Shown here in pieces: positions 33,518 to 46,696 of a stretch of DNA of 64,000 nt (within the stretch, counting starts at the first letter, position 1; every line of letters starts with the position of its first letter). The stretch spans positions 372,001 through 436,000 of the forward strand of contig VJWM01000016.1 in the NCBI GenBank assembly GCA_010909165.1, given 5' to 3'. Source of the stretch: Anthoceros angustus (lineage: Eukaryota > Plantae > Anthocerotophyta). The notes under the pieces are model-generated. The model had not been told where the DNA came from. It searched no databases and was given only the letters and a program-made list of their open reading frames with translations. The position numbers were made by a program, and so were the translations under genes.

Positions 33518-35301
33518 GATCGTGACACTCCGCTCCTGGCGCCAGCTCGGCTGCGCGGCACTCCCCGAGCCGGTGCGCCAGGCGCCTGCGCAGACAAGGC
33601 AGGGCAAGCAAGCACACAGAATTACCGCCACAATTCCACGATTCCGCGCACGGCCCTGAGCCATCCCGCGCCCGGAAATCCACGTGCCGCGTCAACATGA
33701 GGACGGCCCCGACGCAAGCCGCGGGTGCAGAATGCAGGGGCCGGGGCGGCCTGGGAGCAGGAGAGAAGGCGGAAATGGCAGCCGAACGTACCTAGAGCAG
33801 CGTGCCGCATTGCGATCCATGCGCGGGCGCGCGCATCGACATGAAAGAGTTCACTGTCCCCCGCTCTCGCCCGAGCAGCCGCCATGTAGCAGCAGGAGGA
33901 GCGAGGCCGGCGCCATGGCTGGAGCTAGCTGTTCCTCTTCCGGCTTCCCTTCCCGAGAGAGACCGCTCTGGGGCCCGGAGAGCCTAACACCAACCGCAGT
34001 TAGTTAAGAGCCTCCCGCGCTCCGTCGAAATATAGGCCCAATGATCAGGCCCTCCGCCGATTGGGGCCCCCGCTAACCGGAGTTAGTTACGAGGCATCAT
34101 GGGCCCCGGTTCTGTTACGCGCGGGCCATGATGGAGCGCCCGCCACGGGATTAGTGTGGCCGGAAACTGAATTGGGATGTGAAACAAAGCGCGGTTAGCG
34201 AAGTTAAGATTTGAACGCATTCATGAGCAGCTAGGAGTGGGGTCCTTGTGGCAGACCAGGCAGCGCGCGCATTAATTTACAAGGCTTGTGGACAGGCTCG
34301 CGCATGTCAGGCTGCCGCACTTGTGGTACTGTACACCCCACTCTGTTCCATCGCGCCGAGGCCAGGGTCCTGCGGCAGCGGCAGCGGCAATTCTACATCT
34401 ACTCCACATTACATTCATATATGCTTAGGTACACTGCTGAGCCCTCGTCTTTCTTTTCACGACTCACGCGTTTCCTTTTCCATCGGGCATCCCAATCACT
34501 CCATCGGGAGGTGCAAGCTCTCAATTCTGAACGAAGCTCCACTCCAGCGGCCAGCCAGCCAGCCAACGCATGTTCCTGATTTAGGGTTTGCTGGTTTCGG
34601 CGCTCGGGATGGGGATGGGGATGAGGATGGGGGTGATTCAATTTTTAAGATGGCGGGCAATCCAGGGGTTGGGCATGGAACGGGACGGAGACAATGTAAC
34701 GCGAGGGAGCAGCTCTGGGGCGGGACAAATGGCTAGCCTGCAACACACCTAGGATGCCACTTCGCCTGACAAGTGGTGCGATGTCAGGATCATGGGAGGT
34801 TGCACGGACAGCCTGCACGTTTCATGTTGGGGAAGGATGTACATACATGGGTATGTACTGGATGCGAGGCTGTTGACCGGATTCTATCCAATAGCGCGGT
34901 TACAGGGCGATACCCGTCTGCACCTCCACAGACAACAGTATCTGGTGTGCTAGCGTTACTGAGGTAGGGAGAAAAAGTGCACTGTACAGACTGGAGCGGG
35001 CAGACCAGAGGGGGATTGGTGCAACCATTGCCACTGCAACGGTGAACAAATTCCAACCAGGACGTTGTTGGAAACCATGTCAAGCCTTCGCTGTGGGGGA
35101 GGGGAGCCTAGAGACTAACCTGGGTGAGCAAAGACGCGGTATACTACAGGCAAACGGAAATGAACATGTAGCTGGCTGGCAGCAGCAGGCCGGCCAAAAG
35201 TGGGTCGGAAAAGGTGATGGGAGGCCGTTACACATTACACTCTGCTGAACCATTACAGGCTCCTCCGTGTCAAAATCAGAGGTTACGATAATGTTCACTG
35301 C

Positions 35302-38300
35302 TTACCAGCTGGGAGAGCAGTTTTGGTGAGCGCCATTGGAGGTTGGCGTTTTGGGGACAGCCATCATCCTCAGCAGGCCAATCACATCTTCGGCTGACTG
35401 CAGAGAGTATCTCGCGTTAGAGTGCTTCCGACCTACAGCGCAGGAGAAATAGTTCTCGTCCTGAAAATCCCTTAACGCCCACGCCGAGTCTCGTACTCCG
35501 GCTTCCTCCTTCGCTGCTTCCAGATCTGTTTTTCGGTCCTTCGCCAACATGTTTCTGCCGTGATCCGGTGATACGTATGCTTTCCCTCGAGAGGTTCCCA
35601 ACTTGCTTCCGGCTTTGGCCAGCATTCTTTCAGTTACCTTGGCTGGAAGCTTACGATCCCCAAATATCTTGTTATTCTCCGTCTTCCCATTGTTGGTCGG
35701 CACATCTTCAACAGGAGGAGGTCGATCTGGCTCAAAATAGGTGTAGATATCTTCGTCCTGCAATTCAAAGACTCCAGCTTCAGATCGAAGTGAACGACGA
35801 CCAGGCATTTGTACCCACATGAAAGATCCTGGATTGGGAAACACAGACCAAGCCTTACAAACAAAACGAATCCAAGGTTAGAAAATAGAACCAAACCTTA
35901 GGTAGGAAATGGCCCAGCACCATTACGTAGTCAATTCGACTAGTCATCTTCTTTGAACGTACTATTCTAGTTAAAATGCGTTCAATCGCAGCACCCTGCC
36001 ACATTTTCAAGTGAAAGTCAAGCACCCAATCCGACCGTCGGAACTGTTAATTGCTTGCAACCACCTCCAAACCCTCCCCAGTACCTTGGAGACACCAACA
36101 GGTCGAACTTCAACGGATTTGCTGCCCTGCACCACATCCACCGGAGCATTGGAAATGGGCCCTGTACAAAGGTGCTGCAACATATCCCGTGCTTGCACCT
36201 TACCAAACTCCACATCTGGGCATTTCACTGGAACATGATCAGTTACTTGAGGAGCCCGCTGCCAAACATCTGCTACAAGAGTCATAGGACGAAGGAACTC
36301 CAGATAACAAACAACCCATTTAAATACCTGCAAACTTATAATTCCACACCAGCGAAGTATCCCGAAATTCCACGTAAGACCGAGGTGTCCTTTCACAAAA
36401 ATACTCGAAAACAAGCTGAACAAACGAACACCCAGCAAGTATCAGATTGATTGGACTTTAAATCAATGACCTGTTATCGATAAGATATATAACTACACTT
36501 GAAAGATTCAAGAAGTATTTCACCTGTACACTTTCAAGCCAGTCCAGGTTGACGTGCTCTGGCATTGTCATTATCCATGGACCTTTAGTATGGCGGAGAA
36601 ACATTCCATTCTCGGCAGCCAACCACATATCAAATTCTCCAAATGCCTGGAACAAGAAATTGTTTTAAAAGCAGCTGAACAGCAGGTTCAAATCAACTTG
36701 TGCACCGACATGGGATAGCAATCACCACCTCATCCAACACAGGCCGTGCACTACCACTGAGTAGCAACACAGTTGTCTGAGAATCAGCCGACAGAAGCCC
36801 AAGCACCTCCTTCAGCCTGGAGTGAGCTTGCAGTTTCATCTCTTTGATCTGATCAGCACCTTTGCGCCCCAGATCCTCCACATGAGCTGTCATTGTAGAG
36901 TTAAACCCCTGCAAGTGTGAAACGAGTGTCAGTATCATAAGAAAGCAGAATGACAACAACAGCACATGTGCAATTTCGCCAAACGAGATACTCGGAAGGT
37001 GCAAATCACCAGAATGAGGAGACGATTTTTAGCCTGCTGGAATCTATCCACAGCCACTTCCGTTGGCAGTTGTGGAGGTGCATTCTTTGTTCGCAGCTCA
37101 GCCTCCACAACAGTATCATTTAACTCACTGTATCCACCAAATCACACATTTCTTTCAGCAAGTCCATTTCTTCTCCAACACAGTTCTTGCTAAAGCCTAT
37201 CTTCTTTCCCTGCCTTACGTGGAAACCCCTGACACCCTTCCAACCCTAACAGACTCAGAGAAGCTTACTGGGAAGGTGGCATAGAACCAACAAGATATTA
37301 TTTAGCTTGATACCTTGAGAAAGCAGCTTCCACGTCCAAGACGGGACTTAGATTGAGCCACTATATGGTCCATTTGTCATTGTACCCATCACTGCCATGG
37401 GCACCTTTGGCCGACTACTAATTCGTTCTGTTTTTAACATCCTACTCGAGACTGAGAACACTCCTTATCCTCTCCCCAAGGAAACATCTTGGAAACCAAG
37501 CCATCCATGATTGCAAACTATTATCAGGAAGTCAGAAATGGAGCAGTCATCATCACCGAGCCACAATCAGAAAGCATACCAATGAGGCTCTGGTTTCTAG
37601 CTTCTTCACCTGACAAATGTATCTGCCCAAGCTTGAGCTGTATGGGTTGTCACATGAGAGTAAATGTGGCGGTGCCTTTCTTCTCTCTCATCGTCCTTCA
37701 TTGTCAAGGCATCTTGAATCGAGTCAGCAACTTCACTTATGTTCCAAGGATTTACAAGCATGGCTCCAGCGCCCAAGGACTGAGCAGCTCCAGCAAACTA
37801 CATCCCAATCCTTATGTTAGTCTGGAGATCGGATTTCAACTTGGATACTTCTGAACATGCAAAAGACACCCCATAAACACAAGAGCATAGTTCAAGAGCG
37901 TTCAAGAGAAACTATTACCTCACTTAAGATCAACACTCCCTTTTTGGAGCTTTGGCACGCCACAAACTCATAGCTTACAAGGTTCATACCATCACGTAAG
38001 GATGTAACGAGTACCACATCTGCAGAAACCCAAAACACCCGGTCAGCCTCACAAAAAGCAGAGCTAGACTGACCACTTAGGCTTCCACGCCAAAAAGGGC
38101 CAGCTGCCCACAATCTGGAGACTTCTCTTACGTGAAACCAAGACCAGCAACATGAGGAACTTGCAAGACGTTTAGGTGCTTGTGGCCAACCTGCCACCGC
38201 ATACAGTGAGCACAACTCCCTAAATGGTAGAGAACAGTCCTGCACACAGCTTCTCCGTGAGACATTTGCAAGTACTTACAATTGCACATACTCATCATTC

Positions 38301-40791
38301 CCACAGCCACTGGCCATCCCAATTTGAGGGCACATTAGCACATTGATGATAGCATGTACAGCACAGATGCACGTACCAGGTAGCTGATGGGAAAATGTGC
38401 AATTTTCCCAAAACGCCCATTTATACGTCCTACAATTTCGTGAACCTGGCTTGCCAGCCGTTGATCTGCAAGACAGAGTATCTACTAGTGAGGAGAGATC
38501 CCAATGAACCTTAGATTTTCTTTTCCTGTCTGTTGGTTGTGATAAAAGCATGTATCTCTTCCACTGCTGAAAGCAATCAACTTGTATCCAACATTTGCTT
38601 CAACTGAGACCAATTTCCTTACATTCGTGAACATCTGTCCTTGTTGGTACAGCAATTTGAACAAGCAACACCTTATCCCGCCACTCCTTATTATCCTCCA
38701 GAAACTGTTCGTATGCTAGGAGCTTCTGAGGAATCCCCTTTATCATATCCAGCCTGTCAACGCCCAACATTACCTGTACACCCAAAGCTCAACAACTTAG
38801 TGGTGAGACAGCAAGCATCCCATAAAACTCCAGAATTAGAGGCAAACAATCTGACATTCATCTAAAAGCCCCATGACCAACAGCTAGTAGCCAAGGTAGT
38901 ATTGACAGAACACAGTGCACAAGCTTTTCAGAGAATGCCGCATTTTGCAAAAAGGTAGTTTACCTTCTTCCCAGCAAATCGGGCCTGCAAATCCCTAATG
39001 TTGGATTTCACTTCCTCCGTCTCGAGTGCTTGGATAAACCTTTGAGGATCGATCCCAATAGGAAACTGCCAAAGCGATTCTCACCCATTTTTCAGGATAC
39101 ACAGTAGTACTACATCAAAAGGGAAAAAGAAGCATTCCACAAGGCATAAACATCACTGCCAAGAGCAATTCATGGATAAAGAGGTCATACAGCTGCCACC
39201 CTTGTGAGTCTCCCTTGATCTTCCACACCCTCCGGAGTACCCTCGAGTCCAAGAATGCGAGTGCAAGCACTGACAAAATGCCTAGCATAGTCATAGGTAT
39301 GGAACCTGCAGCAGTAACAAACGCATACAACAGTGAGACCACAAAATCCTACTACCCGAACCAGGCAGAGAACTAGAGCAGCAGAGGTGGCACCTACCCG
39401 ATCAAGTCAGCCGTCAATACTGCTTTGAGCAATTCAGAGCGCAAAGGGAGAGTCCGATAAATTTCTGACGACGGGAAAGGGGTATGAAGAAACCACCCAA
39501 CTTTCATGTGATTATTGAGCTGCTTCAGACACTTGGGGAGGAACATAAGGTGATAGTCATGACACCAGACAATATCTCCCTCCTGATACTGGGAGAAGAC
39601 AACGTTTGCGAACTGCTTATTGGCCCGGAAATAGGCATCAAACTGGGACTGCAAGCTGTGCGTGGCAGCAGGCCTGTCCTCCTGCGGAAGGCCTATGTAG
39701 TGGAACAGTGGCCATAGTACGTTGTTGCAATACCCATTGTAGTACTGATCCACAGTCTCTTCATCCAGGAAGACGGGAATGAAACCCTGAAAGCACAATG
39801 AGATGAGCACACCCCCAAGGAAAACAAAAGCCTAGGCACTCACCTCCTAGACTGGAATTCAGAGTCAGACAGACGGTAAGACAATGAAAAATGCTGCTTC
39901 CATCAGAAAAGAAGAACGCGAAGCAACGCATCTCTACCTTCTCCTCCAAAGCGGCCGACAGATCCTTCCGTCCCTCCTCGTCACGGACGTAGACGCCCGG
40001 CCAGCCAATCCACCTGGTTTCGAAATTCTGCCTCACCCCTTCAGCAACCAGGCGGAAATCGGTAAGTACGGAATCCAGCGCTGCGATCCAGCAGCAGTAG
40101 ACAGGAGCAGGAGCATGAACGCGGGGCGGTTACGGGGCAGGAAAGAAAACCAGCAGGCAGTACCAAGAAGAGCGCTGACAAGGCCACCGGCGCTGAGCTC
40201 CAGAGACCACGAGTTGTCGGGATTCCTGTTTGCAGAAACGGGCAATCTGTTGGCAACCACGATCAACCGCTGAGTCCCTCTCGCGGGCGGCTGCTGCTGT
40301 TGCTGCTGCTGCTGATGATGATGATTCTGGGCGCCATTGTCCCTTCCGGGCCCGCCTCCCTCCAAGTGGTCCAACCCCTTCCAGTAGTCCAGACCCGTGG
40401 CCTCCTCCTTCCCGGCGACGGCGCCGGCGGCGCCGTCCCCTACCTGTCGGCCCCAGAACGCTTCGTTGGCGCCCACCCTGCTCTCGCAATCCTCAAGATC
40501 CTTGTACCGGCTGCCGCTCCTGCGCAGTTCCCTGTCGCGCAGCAGCCTGGTAATCCGCGACGAATTCACGCTGATGTGGCTCCCCTTGAGCGCGGCCGTC
40601 AGGTCATGCACCACATCCTCCGTCAGGGACGAGGTCCTGGGCAGCGGCAGCGGGGGCGCGTGCTGGTCCAGCTCTCCGGACCCGGAGAAGGAGAAGCGAC
40701 GGGGCGGGCCCGGCCCGGCCGCGCCCTCCTCTCCCTCCCATTCCCTTCCACGCTGCTGCGCGCTGCTGCGAATGTTCAAAGGGTACGGCAT
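35302..40791 (-). CDS. TPS1: Class I trehalose-6-phosphate synthase (TPS plus TPP-like domains) with an extended N-terminus, multi-exon
   Basis: [10 protein letters not shown]-terminal motif; [90 protein letters not shown]; C-terminal [17 protein letters not shown]. Confidence 0.93.
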
Positions 40792-41628
40792 ACACGCTGT
40801 CGGGTACAACCACGACGGAAATCACAAGTGCGGGGCGAGCGGGACGCGGGCTGAGGGCTCTGCTACCCTGCCAGCTCGCTCTCGCAGGCACGCAACTGTT
40901 TCACAACAAACATCGCATGCGCCCAACAATTCCCTTCCTCTCCTTTCGCCGGATCGCTCCACCTCTCTAGTCCTCTTCTGCCGCCCAGCGCACACAGGCC
41001 ACAATTCGCCTCAATTCACGCAACGCCCCCTATTCCTCCCCCTCCGATTCCCTTTCCCCCCAGATTCCTCCCCCGGCAAAGCTGCAGGTGGGCGGCAGGA
41101 TGGGTACTATACCGGGCCGGCAGAGGGCGGAATTGCGCATGCCCCGCCCCCGTCACACGCAGCCGGACGGGAAGCCCAGGCCCAGGCTCCGGCTCCGGCT
41201 CCAGGCGGAGCGCAGCCAGCCGGCCACCGCGGTGGGCGCCAGGGGGAGAGGCAGAGGCGCCCCGTCCGCCGGCGCCGTCTCTTTCCACCCGCGCCGCTCA
41301 CGCACCATGCCACAGCTCTCCTCCTCTTCCTCCCTCCCGCTCCCGCACCAGGCAGGAAGAACCCAACAAAAAGGGGGGTGGGGGCGGGGGAAAAAAAAAG
41401 AATTGGCACGAACCTCGTGCAAGCAGGAGCAGGAGCAGGCGCAGCAGCAGCAGCAGCAGAAGGTCTGGGCTCCAGGGACAGACAAACAGAGAGGAAGAAG
41501 AAGAGAGGAAGAAGGGGGGGCGGAATCACGTCAATGTTCCGCTCCGCTCAGGGAGAGCAGCCGGGCAAGTGCAGGAGAGCGGGGAGAGGGGGGCGCATAA
41601 ATACGCGCAGAGGAGGAGGAGAGGGTGC

Positions 41629-41667
41629 GACGGAGACGGAGACGGAGACGGAGACGCAGACGCAGAC
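41629..41667. repeat. (GACGGA/GACGCA)n microsatellite upstream of TPS1
   Basis: About 6.5 hexamer units read directly. Confidence 0.85.
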
Positions 41668-42220
41668 CAAGACCGGAAGGAGCAGCAAGGGGGCACGGAG
41701 CTGCAGGCAGAAGGCAGCAGGCAGCAGGAAGTGGAGAAGACGCAGCGGCAGGAGGCAGGAGGCGGGAGACAGCTGGGCCAGATTCCCAAGAGAGTGGTTG
41801 CCGTTCCCACTCCACCCCACCCCACCCCTCTTCCTTCCCTCTTTCCTTCTTCCCCCTTTTCCCCTTTTCCTCTCTTTCTTTCCTGGCCGTCTCTCCCTGG
41901 AGGCCTGGAGACCTTGGGCTGGAGCCCGACTGCCTAATGAAGAGCTCTCGAGGGCTTGAGCTGGAGGTGGAGGTGCGTCCCCTTTCGACTTTCCGCTTTC
42001 CGCTTTCCTCTTTCCTTGGACGTTGACGAGCTCGCCTAACATTCCTTTACCGGCTCTCCTGTTACGCGCCGCGTCACTGCATGTTAGTCACACCCCTTGT
42101 AAAAAAGGGCATAGTCTACTGGGTGTGGCATCCTCCTCCAGTGATTCTTCCCTGTTCCATGTTTCACGCACGGATAGATAAGGGCGCGCCTGTGCCACAC
42201 CTACCACACTTACTCACGCT

Positions 42221-42250
42221 TTGCCTTGCCTTGCCTTGCCTTGCCTTGCC
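42221..42250. repeat. (TTGCC)6 microsatellite
   Basis: Six perfect pentamers read directly. Confidence 0.95.
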
Positions 42251-43020
42251 TTTCCCCTATTCTATACATACACTCATACGCATGCTTGAGGACCAGGGCC
42301 CCGGATGCGCTTCTCGAAGTGCTTGACGAGACCAGTCCCAGCACCCAGCAACCCATCAGCGCCCCAGCCCAACTGCTTATGCACGTGGACCCGCCTACCT
42401 GCCTACCCCTCCACACAAACACACCTCATAACCTGCTTGTGCCTCTGCTTGTGCTTTTGCTTGTACTCCTCCCTCCCCCCCCCCTTTTTATGCATCACCA
42501 GCATCGAATCGTACGTATCATCCAATCGTATGTACATATGGTCATGGAGTCGTGAACTCGCTGTATCTGATTTTGCCAGCCCCATGGCGTCGGTGCCCAA
42601 GTGTTCAAAATCTTCATTTCCACCCAAAAAAGAAAGAAGAAAGAAGAAAGAAGAAGGTAGGAAAATAATCTATGAGTGTATTACGGCATGATATCTAGGC
42701 AACTTTTGTACCTACCATGGACGTGATAAAGCTGGTAACGTAAAGGGAGCGGCATTCAAATCTAAAAGATCATACGGCGGCACTATTTCGGTATGTCACG
42801 CATAACCACATCGGTCGGGGCTCCAGCCCCCGGTGTATCGATGTCGTCAACCTACCCCATGATGCACGAAAAGATTTCACGATACACAGAAACTTTTCTT
42901 GTCTCGGGATTAGGATTTTGTTTAGGTCACTTGCGTTGCCGCGCCATTGCAGCACAGGGCTCCATATTTCAGAGGTTGCGTTAGCGCTGCGCTCACCGTT
43001 TGCAATTGCGTTTGCGCTGC

Positions 43021-43140
43021 ACTCATTGTCTGTGTTTGCGGTGCGGCTGAGTGCGTTTGCCCTTACGTGCAAGGCTGCAGTGTACTCATCGTCTATGTTT
43101 GCGGTGTGGCTGAATGCGTTTGCCCTTACGTGCAAGGCCG
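43021..43140. repeat. 63-bp tandem duplication, with a degenerate partial copy upstream
   Basis: actcat(t/c)gtct..gtttgcggtg.ggctga.tgcgtttgcccttacgtgcaagg starts at 43021 and 43084. Confidence 0.85.
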
Positions 43141-43320
43141 CGGCTTTGGCCGCATTGTTCAACGCTAGGCCTATGGGGATGCAGTATGTATCTTGGCTGC
43201 CTGTTTAACATGTATGTTTGGTGATCGGAATCCTAAAACCCTAAAGAAGAAAACATGTGCATGAAAGTTTTTGCCCCGCGTACGAACCTACAGAAGCTGA
43301 TGTGGTACGTATTATACGTG

Positions 43321-45275
43321 TTTTTTTTTTGTCCACAACCCTAAAAAAATGTGGATGTCGCGTGACCAAATCAGTATTCCATACCTATCTTCCAGGGAGA
43401 CATTTATATATCTTCTTGGGAGCTCACCAAGAATAGTTCCAAGAATGATCTACCATTTGAAGAATAATTCATCCAGGCAGGAAACACTGGTGCTCACAAA
43501 CTACGTGTACGGGTAGGAAGGAAGCCACCTCCAAACCGCAAGCATGTGGAGACTTTATTTAAGAAAAGAGATGGAAAAACCCATCTACCCCATAAGGAAA
43601 AGGGGAACAACCCAACCAAGGGCACCGTGCCAAGGGGGACTAACCCTCGCAATCGCTCACCTCAAAACTATTCACTACAAGAGAATTTCGTGCCAGAGGA
43701 TAAGAAAAGGCCTACCTACCAGCGGAGCCGAAGAAGCCGCCTCCCCTACACTTGTCGCCGTCCTATACACGGCATTCGCCAACGCGCTTTGTAGGGCGAT
43801 TGACACCCATTACTTGAAGAAAGCCACAATACAAGAAAGGGGAAGACCATCCCCATTCCTGCGATTGTGGTACACCTTGGCACAGGCCTTGACAAACCTC
43901 AGGAAATCCTTGCTCATGGCCCCATGGGTCTCGATGGCAAGGGGGATAAAGGTATGGTCGTCGTGCATATGAGAGTACTTGTGGACCTTGGCCGTCGCAT
44001 AGCCCTCCGCCGCCTAACCCGAAGAGTTAAGGATCACATGCTCGCAGACAGAGTCCCGGGTGGGGTCTGTTACAACCACATCCGCAACATAAACTTGATC
44101 TTCCCGAGATAGAAAAAGGTCAACCCAGAGAGAAACGCCGTTGAGTAAGGTGTATGGGGGCTCCCTACAAGGAAAGAACCCACTCTCGTTGGCCATTGAG
44201 AACATGACGTCCCGGATGGCATCATGCATAGCAATGCGCTGTCTGCCAGCAAGATTGTAGGCCAGGTGGGTCCCTGAGTCATCGAGGGGGGCTCCACAGT
44301 TGCAAGCAGAGAGAGAGCAGGCCCGAGGTTGGACCAAGCCTAGGCGAAAGCGCATCGCAGTGGAAAAAGTTATTGGTGCGATGCGGAACATCTGAATACT
44401 AGGTCGGGCTAGAAGCCAAGAACCTGCTCCCTTCCTTGAGCAAGAGCGAAGCCGAGCCCAAGTGGCCTTAGGAAAAGAGGAATCCCGAAGAAGTGCCAAT
44501 TGTAGTGCTTCTCCAAGAGCTACGCTTGAAGCCCACGCAGCCCAACCTTAGGGAGCGAGAAGAAATGTAGCAAGGTAACCCTAGCCTCATAGAATTAAAG
44601 TCCCTTGGCCAACCTTAAGGACGCCTGTACGGGGAAAACCTCCTCCTTTCGCCCAAGACGAACGCCTCTAAGATGTGGGAGTCCCGAATTAAGAATCGGG
44701 AGGCCAGGACGGGAACAGAGAAGGCCTGGCTTCCTAACAAGGCCGCCGGCGCAAAGACCTCCGTGACTAGCAGACCAGTGCCCCCAAAAGCAACAAGAAA
44801 GCCTGTCGCTTCGCCAAATCCCCGGCGGCACACTCGAAGTTGCCCGGGCCGATGATATCATCCAAAGTCTGCATAATCCTTTTGTCGAAAGCTCCCAGGC
44901 GAGACAAGAAAGTCGGAGAGGGAGGTATCGTACGGAGAAAGTACCCAGGCTAGCGCGCGAAGCAGAAAGAGAGGATCCCAAATGCCAGTTGCGCATCTCC
45001 AAGCTGCGAAAGGTCATCAATGTGCGCCAAATCTTGTGTCAAAGTCACACCCACAAATTCCTGAATGAAAGCCGAAGGCCCCACCGAGACGCCAAGAACA
45101 CGAAGCCCCTGGGGAGAAGCAATGCCCTCCTTCGGGTAATGAAGAAAGGACAAAACACCCGATGGAGACCAGATCCTGCACTTGAAGATCTTGACCTGAA
45201 TGAAGTCAACCCGAGAGAGCTCCGAGGAGATGAAACCAAAAGCCTCCTTAACCTTGTCCCCAGGCCCCAGTGATT
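43321..45275 (-). mobile_element. 5'-truncated, degenerate non-LTR retrotransposon with a restriction-like endonuclease (CRE-like clade)
   Basis: The minus strand encodes the RT C-terminal part (KCRIWSP; GLRVLGVSVG; LGDAQLAFGIL), then GAGSWL and RFRLGL, a Cys/His knuckle remnant (CNCGAPLD..GTH), HDAIRD, VDL...ADVVVTDP and AKVHKY...FIPLAIETHG (PD-(D/E)xK RLE). Internal stops are present. T10 at 43321-43330 would be the poly(A) tail. No TSD found. Confidence 0.8.
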
Positions 45276-45491
45276 TTGGATGAGGGAATTAGCTTAATAG
45301 CGTTCGGTTAGGGATGGCTCCAATAACAATCACTGTAAAAAAAGGTTTCACGTCACTGGCTAAGCCATTTCACGTCACGGAATCATGCCAATTGATAGAT
45401 GGTCTCTTACCTAACTATGTGTGTAATTTACAAATTTGCAACCTAACGATTTTGTACATCCCCCACCTAGCCATTTCACCTAGCGATATAG

Positions 45492-45781
45492 TAGGAGAGA
45501 ATCAACTTTATAGATCTCCCACTTAACGCTTCTCTCCTAGCCATCATATTTATTCAATGTTTAATCATCTATGATCTATGTTTAATTTAGTGGGAGATCT
45601 ATGTTTATGTTTCAATGTTAATCATCATGTTTATTCAACTTTATAGATCTCCCACTTAACGCTTTTCTTTAAACCAATGTTTACTCCTATGAAAGGATAT
45701 AAGATGAAACAAACCATAAGGGGTTTCGGTGTAAAACCAATGTTTACCGCTTTGAAAGGATATAAGATGAAACAAACCATG
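45492..45781. repeat. Cluster of nested direct and inverted repeats, possibly a non-autonomous element remnant
   Basis: 30-bp direct repeat at 45502 and 45635 with an inverted partial copy (agtgggagatctat) at 45589; stem taggagagaa/ttctctccta at 45492 and 45530; 63-bp-period direct repeat at 45671 and 45734. Confidence 0.6.
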
Positions 45782-46696
45782 CAAGGTTTCCACCAAAACC
45801 AAAAAGGAAATCCCATAAATGTCGAGCGAATGCAAGCTTAGAATTCTACTAGGTTCTAGAATCTAGAAATCGAAATGTGAGAGATGTGAAGGTATAAATG
45901 TCAATTTTCTTTCTATACTAAATTAAATAAATAATATATTATGCAGACTATATATATTATAATAGAGGGTCAAACCACACAAGTTCAAAATTTATCAAGC
46001 TACATACTTTCAATACATGTTACACGTACATTGTACAATAGCCGACAAGAATCTCGAACATACCGCTGTATATCATGTTCCGAAGACAAAGACAAAAAAA
46101 AAATAGTATTAGAAAACCGTCGGTGTAGACAAAGACCCAACAAGAAAAAATCGTGGTACAAGAGCACATATGCGACGAAGAATGAGGAAGAAGAATAGCA
46201 TCTAGTCGGTTCATTCCAAGCATCCTCCACCGCTACAAATCCAACTCAAAGCAAGCCAGAAATAGTCTTAGAGTGCGGTGAGCAAGTATATAGGCATCTA
46301 AAGCGTCATGGCATCTACCAATAGGAATTGTTGGGACCTCTTCAACTCCGTAGTGGCGGTGTTGTGGTGGATTGTGTTTGTCCTATTGTGTTGTGGCTCA
46401 CAAGCCAATCAGACTGCACCAAATCTAGTAACATAATAGGGGTGCATGTACATGAGTGTGTGGCTTCGCCAAAGTTCCAGGGAATACGTCGTCAAAGCAC
46501 GCAGGACCGGGCCGGGCCAGGCACACCTGACGTCAATGACTCAGACTCTCAGGGTGGAGTAAATCCGATCGTACTTGTGACCGAGCAGGCAGCGCTGTGA
46601 TTCGTCCTCCATACGCCGCAGACATACTCCCCCTATGCCGTCGGGTCAGCTAAAATCGTGGGCGGGATTCGCGATCAGAAAGGCTAGGCGATAACC

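Noticed and set aside
40397-42042. 520-aa and several 100-180-aa overlapping ORFs around the TPS1 5' end
   Set aside because: GC-rich, microsatellite-laden sequence has few stops. The translations are low-complexity in all frames, with no family signal.
42770-43208. ORFs with AALHVRANA repeats
   Set aside because: These arise from the 63-bp tandem duplication, which is open in several frames. No evidence of a gene.
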